Below are positions 59,000 through 64,000 of a DNA stretch of 64,000 nt, piece after piece (the stretch's first letter is position 1; each line of letters starts with the position of its first letter). Source of the DNA: an uncultured Clostridium sp. (lineage in GTDB: Bacteria; Bacillota; Clostridia; Lachnospirales; Lachnospiraceae). The stretch lies in the NCBI GenBank assembly GCA_934438135.1, contig CAKSBP010000017.1, positions 1,647 to 65,646 on the forward strand, read 5' to 3'. The notes under the pieces are model-generated. The model had not been told where the DNA came from. It did no database searches and was given only the letters and a program-made list of their open reading frames with translations. Both the position numbers and the translations under genes were made by a program.

Positions 59000-59932
59000 A
59001 TGAGAGTAGTATTTATGGGGACGCCGGATTTTTCCGTACCGACCCTTCAAAGTTTAATTGACGAAAAATATGACGTTGTGGGCGTTGTAACCCAGCCGGA
59101 TAAACCAAAAGGCAGAGGCAGAACAATGCAGTTTACACCAGTAAAGGAACTGGCAGTCAAATATAGTATTCCGGTTTTACAGCCAGTGAAACTGAAAAAT
59201 GATGATGTATTTTTTGAAGAACTGAAGGCTCTGAAACCAGATGTAATCGTAGTAATTGCATTTGGACAGATTCTTCCAGATAGAGTGCTTGAACTTCCAA
59301 AGTATGGTTGTATTAATATTCATGCATCCCTGCTTCCAAAATATAGAGGAGCAGCACCAATTCAATGGGCTATACTGAATGGAGAAAAAGAGACTGGAGT
59401 TACTACCATGATGATGGATTCTGGATTGGATACTGGGGATATGATTCTAAGAAAAGTCATTCCAATCGAAGAAAAAGAAACTGGTGGAAGCCTTTTTGAT
59501 AAATTAGCTTATGCTGGTGGGGATTTAATTATTGAGACTCTCAAACAAGCAGAAGCAGGCACGTTAAAACGAATTCCACAGAATAACGATGAATCCAATT
59601 ATGTTTCTATTATTAAGAAAGAATATGGACGTATGGACTTTACGAAATCAGCGCTGGAATTAGAGCGTCTGATTCGGGGATTAAATCCTTGGCCAAGTGC
59701 ATTTACATCTCTTCATGGAAAGACATTAAAGGTTTGGGATGCGGATGTAGTAGAAACTGTTTCCGAAGAAAAACCGGGAACAATTCTTTCGGTGGATAAA
59801 GACAGCTTTACCGTTATGACAGGAGAAGGAGCACTTAAGATTCTGGAACTTCAGTTAGAAGGAAAGAAACGAATGATGACAGAAGCGTTTTTACGTGGAT
59901 ATAAGTTAGAAACAGGAGAAATGCTTGGTTAG
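59000..59932 (+). CDS. fmt: Methionyl-tRNA formyltransferase
   Basis: MRVVFMGTPDF and HASLLPKYRGAAPI motifs. Confidence 0.9.
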   Translation: MRVVFMGTPDFSVPTLQSLIDEKYDVVGVVTQPDKPKGRGRTMQFTPVKELAVKYSIPVLQPVKLKNDDVFFEELKALKPDVIVVIAFGQILPDRVLELPKYGCINIHASLLPKYRGAAPIQWAILNGEKETGVTTMMMDSGLDTGDMILRKVIPIEEKETGGSLFDKLAYAGGDLIIETLKQAEAGTLKRIPQNNDESNYVSIIKKEYGRMDFTKSALELERLIRGLNPWPSAFTSLHGKTLKVWDADVVETVSEEKPGTILSVDKDSFTVMTGEGALKILELQLEGKKRMMTEAFLRGYKLETGEMLG

Positions 59933-59943
59933 GAGGTAATAAC

Positions 59944-60651
59944 ATGGGCTATCGTTATTATGGAATGTTTTATGATCCAACCTATATTCTGATTATTATA
60001 GGTGTATTATTGTCACTTGCAGCATCTGGTTATGTAAAATCAACGTATGCAAAATACAACAGAGTCTATTCCCGTTCAGGAAGTACAGCAGCAGAGGCTG
60101 CACAGAGGATTTTAAACATTGCGGGAATTTATGACGTAAGAATTGAACGGATTGCTGGTGATTTAACGGATCATTACGATCCAAGGAACAAAGTGCTTCG
60201 TCTATCGGATTCTGTGTATTCCAGCACGTCCGTAGCGGCACTTGGGGTTGCAGCACATGAATGCGGCCATGCCGTGCAGCATGCCAAAGGATATGTGCCT
60301 TTAACTCTTAGGAATGCCATTGTTCCTGTTGTAAATTTCGGTGCTAACATTTCCTGGCCATTGATTTTAGTTGGTATTTTCTTACGAGGTCAGACTTTAA
60401 TCAGCTTAGGAATTTTTATGTTCTGTCTGGTTGTATTATTTCAGCTGGTAACACTTCCAGTGGAGTTTAATGCGTCAAGCCGTGCCTTAAAACTTCTGCA
60501 AAAAGGCGGTATTTTAGGAAATGATGAAATTTCCAAATCCAGAAAGGTGCTTTGCGCAGCAGCCCTTACTTATGTGGCATCTGCCTTGGCATCTATTCTG
60601 CAGCTGTTACGACTGATTATTTTATTTGGAGGAAGAAAAAACGATGACTAA
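59944..60651 (+). CDS. Membrane zinc metallopeptidase (Zn_peptidase_2 family)
   Basis: HECGHAVQH (HExxH), LTDHYDP and flanking TM segments. Confidence 0.75.
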   Translation: MGYRYYGMFYDPTYILIIIGVLLSLAASGYVKSTYAKYNRVYSRSGSTAAEAAQRILNIAGIYDVRIERIAGDLTDHYDPRNKVLRLSDSVYSSTSVAALGVAAHECGHAVQHAKGYVPLTLRNAIVPVVNFGANISWPLILVGIFLRGQTLISLGIFMFCLVVLFQLVTLPVEFNASSRALKLLQKGGILGNDEISKSRKVLCAAALTYVASALASILQLLRLIILFGGRKNDD

Positions 60652-62008
60652 AAACAGCACTACTGTAAATGTGCGGGAGCTTGCCATGGAAGCACTTCTG
60701 ATGGTATTTGAAGAAAAGAAAACAAGCAGTGAGGTACTAGGAGGGATTCTGAAAAAATATCAGTACCTGCCAAAACAGGATCGTGCTTTTTTATCCAGAC
60801 TGTCGGAAGGAACCATGGAATGTGCGATTGAACTGGACTTTATCATAAATCAGTTTTCTAAAGTGAAGGTGAAAAAGATGAAGCCGGTTATCCGTACCGT
60901 CATCCGTATGGGAACGTATCAGATTCTTTATATGGATCAGGTTCCAGACAGTGCTGCCTGTAATGAATCCGTCAAACTGGCAGAACGAAAAGGATTCCGG
61001 AATTTAAAAGGATTTGTAAACGGTGTTCTTCGTAATATCAGTAGAAATAAGGATTCGTTAACTTATCCAGACCCGAAAAAAGATTTATCGGCTTATCTGA
61101 GTGTGAAATATTCCATGCCACAGTGGCTGGTAGATATGTGGCTTACAGATTATAAGCAGGCTGATGTAGAAAAGATGCTTGCATCCTTTATCGAAGAAAG
61201 CGAAACAACGATTCGAGTAAATACAAGAAAAACAGATATGCAGGCTTACCGTAAGTTGTTATCAGAAGCTGGAATTGAAGTCAGCAATGGAAATTATGTG
61301 AAAGAAGCACTGCATATAAAAAAATATAATTACATCAATACTGTTCCAGGATTTTCAGAAGGAATGTTTACCGTACAGGATGAAAGTTCCATGCTTTCCG
61401 TACTTTGTGCTGGAATCCAAGAAGGAATGGATATTCTAGATGTCTGTGCGGCACCAGGAGGAAAATCCCTATTTGCAGCATGGCTCTTAAATGGAACCGG
61501 AAGCATTATGGCATGCGATGTATCTGAATATAAAACGGCACGAATTGAAGAAAATGCAAAACGGCTTGGATATGAGAATCTGGTAACAAAAGTAAAGGAT
61601 GCAACGGTACTTGATTCGACTCTAGTTGGCACAAAGGATTTAGTTATTGCCGATGTTCCATGTTCCGGACTTGGTGTTATCGGGAAAAAGCCGGACATTA
61701 AGTATAATTGTACGAAAGAAGGAATAAATAATTTAGTAGAGGTACAGCGTGCTATTTTAGCGAATGTTCAGGAATATGTAAAAGAAAACGGAGTTTTGAT
61801 GTTCAGTACCTGTACAGTCTGTGAGCAGGAAAATATGGAGAATGTATTCTGGTTCCTTGAGAACTTTTCGTTTGAACTGGAATCTATTACACCGTATCTT
61901 CCAGATGAACTATGTGGAGAAAGCACGGATGCCGGATATTTAAAACTGCTTCCAGGCATTCATAAAACCGATGGCTTCTTTGTAGCCAGATTTAGAAAGA
62001 GAAAATAA
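60644..62008 (+). CDS. rsmB: 16S rRNA (cytosine967-C5)-methyltransferase
   Basis: NusB-like N-domain, SAM motif DVCAAPGGKS, and catalytic DVPCSG and STCT motifs. Confidence 0.85.
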   Translation: MTKNSTTVNVRELAMEALLMVFEEKKTSSEVLGGILKKYQYLPKQDRAFLSRLSEGTMECAIELDFIINQFSKVKVKKMKPVIRTVIRMGTYQILYMDQVPDSAACNESVKLAERKGFRNLKGFVNGVLRNISRNKDSLTYPDPKKDLSAYLSVKYSMPQWLVDMWLTDYKQADVEKMLASFIEESETTIRVNTRKTDMQAYRKLLSEAGIEVSNGNYVKEALHIKKYNYINTVPGFSEGMFTVQDESSMLSVLCAGIQEGMDILDVCAAPGGKSLFAAWLLNGTGSIMACDVSEYKTARIEENAKRLGYENLVTKVKDATVLDSTLVGTKDLVIADVPCSGLGVIGKKPDIKYNCTKEGINNLVEVQRAILANVQEYVKENGVLMFSTCTVCEQENMENVFWFLENFSFELESITPYLPDELCGESTDAGYLKLLPGIHKTDGFFVARFRKRK

Positions 62009-62009
62009 A

Positions 62010-63059
62010 ATGGAAAAAAAAGACTTAAAGTCATACACATATGACGAATTAACAGAAGAATTTAAGCAGTTGGGGGAAAAAACGTTTCGAGGAAAACAGG
62101 TTTATGACTGGATGCATAAAAAGCTGGTAACTGATTTTGATGACATGACAAACCTTTCCAAAGAACTTCGAGGAAAGCTGAAAGAAACTTACTGCCTTCC
62201 AGGAGTAAAAATGATTGACAGCCGTACTTCCAAAGATGGCGAGACAACTAAATTTCTGTTTCAGCTTTCGGATAATCGTGTGATTGAAAGTGTTTTAATG
62301 AAATACCATCACGGAAATAGTGTGTGTATTTCTTCTCAGGTTGGCTGCCGTATGGGCTGCCGCTTCTGTGCATCCACTTTAGGCGGCTTAGAACGTAATC
62401 TGCTTTCGTCTGAGATGCTCAGCCAGATATATGAAATTCAGAGAATCAGCGGGGAAAGGGTTTCTAATGTTGTTGTAATGGGAACCGGAGAACCCCTTGA
62501 TAATTTTGATAACCTGATTCGGTTTATTACCATTCTTACCGATGAGCATGGGTTAAATATCAGTCAGCGGAATATTACAGTTTCGACCTGCGGACTTGTA
62601 GATAAAATCAAGAAGCTGGAAGAACAGGATTTACAGATTACACTTGCGATTTCCCTCCATGCGCCAAATGATGAAATGAGAAAAACATTAATGCCGGTGG
62701 CAGGCAGATACAGTGTAAAACAGATTTTAGAGGCATGTCATTCTTATTATAATAAGACAGGCAGAAGAATTACGTTTGAGTACAGTTTAGTAGAAGGTGT
62801 AAATGACTCCGAAGAAAGTGCAGGAGAACTGGCAAGATTGGTGAAGGGACTGAATTGTCATATTAACCTGATTCCTGTTAATCCGATTAAGGAAAGAAGC
62901 TTTCGTCATTCTTCTATGCAGTTTATACAAAAATTCAAAAATATACTTGAAAAAAATAGAATTAATGTTACTATTAGAAGAGAAATGGGTGCGGACATTG
63001 ATGCTGCCTGTGGGCAGTTAAGAAAAAGTTATATGGACGATATGCAAAAGGGGGATTGA
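62010..63059 (+). CDS. rlmN: 23S rRNA (adenine2503-C2)-methyltransferase (radical SAM)
   Basis: CRMGCRFC cluster motif, GTGEPLDN, and the C-terminal catalytic Cys region DIDAACGQL. Confidence 0.9.
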   Translation: MEKKDLKSYTYDELTEEFKQLGEKTFRGKQVYDWMHKKLVTDFDDMTNLSKELRGKLKETYCLPGVKMIDSRTSKDGETTKFLFQLSDNRVIESVLMKYHHGNSVCISSQVGCRMGCRFCASTLGGLERNLLSSEMLSQIYEIQRISGERVSNVVVMGTGEPLDNFDNLIRFITILTDEHGLNISQRNITVSTCGLVDKIKKLEEQDLQITLAISLHAPNDEMRKTLMPVAGRYSVKQILEACHSYYNKTGRRITFEYSLVEGVNDSEESAGELARLVKGLNCHINLIPVNPIKERSFRHSSMQFIQKFKNILEKNRINVTIRREMGADIDAACGQLRKSYMDDMQKGD

Positions 63060-63061
63060 CA

Positions 63062-63781
63062 GTGAAAGCATTTTCCGTTACTAATATCGGTATGAAAAGG
63101 AAAGTGAATCAGGATTATGTATATTGCAGCGAAACCTCTATCGGTAGTCTTCCAAACTTATATATCGTAGCAGACGGCATGGGAGGGCATCGAGCAGGAG
63201 ATTTTGCATCAAAGTGCTGTGTGGAGTCGATAGTTGAAGAGGTAAAAAAGGCTCATCTTACATCACCCGTCAGCATATTGAATGAGGCGATACAGAAAGC
63301 CAATGAAATTGTACTAAGGGAATCAAAGGCGAATGAAAAATACGAGGGAATGGGGACCACTGTTGTTGCAGCCACGATTGTAAATCAGACTCTACATGTG
63401 GGAAACATAGGAGATTCCAGACTGTATGTGATAAAAGATGACATAGAGCAGATTACAGAGGATCATTCTCTGGTAGAGACCATGGTAAGAACGGGCGAGA
63501 TTATGCGGGAAGATGCCAAACATCATCCAAATAAAAATATTATTACCAGGGCATTAGGGACAAACAAAGAAGTGAAGGCAGATTTTTTTGAAGTAAAGCT
63601 TGATAAGGGAGATCAGGTTTTACTTTGTTCAGATGGTCTTTCTAATATGGTAGATGATTATGAGATTGCAAAGATTGTAAATAAGAACAAAGATGTTGAG
63701 GCGTCTTCGCTGGAACTAATTCGCGTGGCGAATGAACATGGTGGAACAGATAACATCGGTATTGTTATGATACAGGTTTAA
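63062..63781 (+). CDS. stp: PP2C-family Ser/Thr phosphatase
   Basis: NQDY..., ADGMGGH, and DGLSN...GGTDNI motifs. The GTG at 63062 is 6 nt after agggggа-type RBS (aaaagggggа region). The ORF-track TTG at 63056 is also possible. Confidence 0.85.
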   Translation: MKAFSVTNIGMKRKVNQDYVYCSETSIGSLPNLYIVADGMGGHRAGDFASKCCVESIVEEVKKAHLTSPVSILNEAIQKANEIVLRESKANEKYEGMGTTVVAATIVNQTLHVGNIGDSRLYVIKDDIEQITEDHSLVETMVRTGEIMREDAKHHPNKNIITRALGTNKEVKADFFEVKLDKGDQVLLCSDGLSNMVDDYEIAKIVNKNKDVEASSLELIRVANEHGGTDNIGIVMIQV

Positions 63782-63823
63782 TTTGAGCATGATAAATGGA
63801 ACAGGTATTTAAGGAGGAAAACT

Positions 63824-64000
63824 ATGGTTAGACCAGGGATGCTCATAAGTGATAGGTATGAGATCATTGAAAAAGTCGGATCTGGCGGCATGGCTGATGT
63901 TTACAAGGCAAAATGTCATCGTTTAAACCGATATGTAGCAATTAAGATATTAAAAGCGGAATATAGCGAAGATAAAAGTTTTGTAGAGAAGTTCCGTGGG
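63824..64000 (+). CDS. prkC: Ser/Thr protein kinase (PrkC/PknB-like), N-terminal fragment running off the window
   Basis: [19 protein letters not shown]...VAIKILK (glycine loop and catalytic Lys). RBS aaggagga precedes it. Confidence 0.85.
   Translation, partial: MVRPGMLISDRYEIIEKVGSGGMADVYKAKCHRLNRYVAIKILKAEYSEDKSFVEKFRG

Overview
This is a 64-kb chromosomal segment from a low-GC Gram-positive anaerobe. Gene content and order look like Clostridia/Lachnospiraceae, but that is inference and no search was run. I call about 60 protein genes, one tRNA-Pro(CGG), and no rRNA, CRISPR array, transposase or integrase. Most of the window is housekeeping:
- an APC permease and a Cthe_2159-like beta-helix lipoprotein
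- a nicotinamidase-like hydrolase, MYG1 and GtrA
- feoAB with a Fur box and a small Cys-rich partner that is missing from the ORF track
- cysK, a GDPD phosphodiesterase and gdhA
- galK-galE, with galT elsewhere in the window
- argS, ppk1-ppx and queA
- aroA-tyrA-aroF, an EF-G paralog and hydF
- yicC-remA-gmk-rpoZ, two lepB paralogs and a CPBP protease
- dapF-murE, then the conserved priA-def-fmt-(Zn peptidase)-rsmB-rlmN-stp-prkC block

The most interesting locus is a compact AT-rich three-gene cassette on the minus strand at 33.2-36.7 kb. It holds a 43-codon ORF absent from the ORF track, a radical SAM/SPASM enzyme with an N-terminal extension, and an ABC exporter. That is the layout of a radical-SAM RiPP system, and I do not recognise the precursor. 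The cassette sits in a mosaic region with an orphan fruK, a decayed HPr gene and a small secreted protein.

Secondary leads:
- an orphan CheY next to a CheX-like phosphatase whose N-terminus carries four 24-residue MshEN-type (c-di-GMP-binding-like) repeats
- an AgrB-like protease with no adjacent AgrD
- a translationally coupled nucleosidase-like / SPL-like radical SAM / SDR operon
- a nested perfect-repeat element with a GC-rich core between the CPBP gene and dapF

All calls come from reading translations and motifs by eye. No similarity search, HMM, folding or composition calculation was run.
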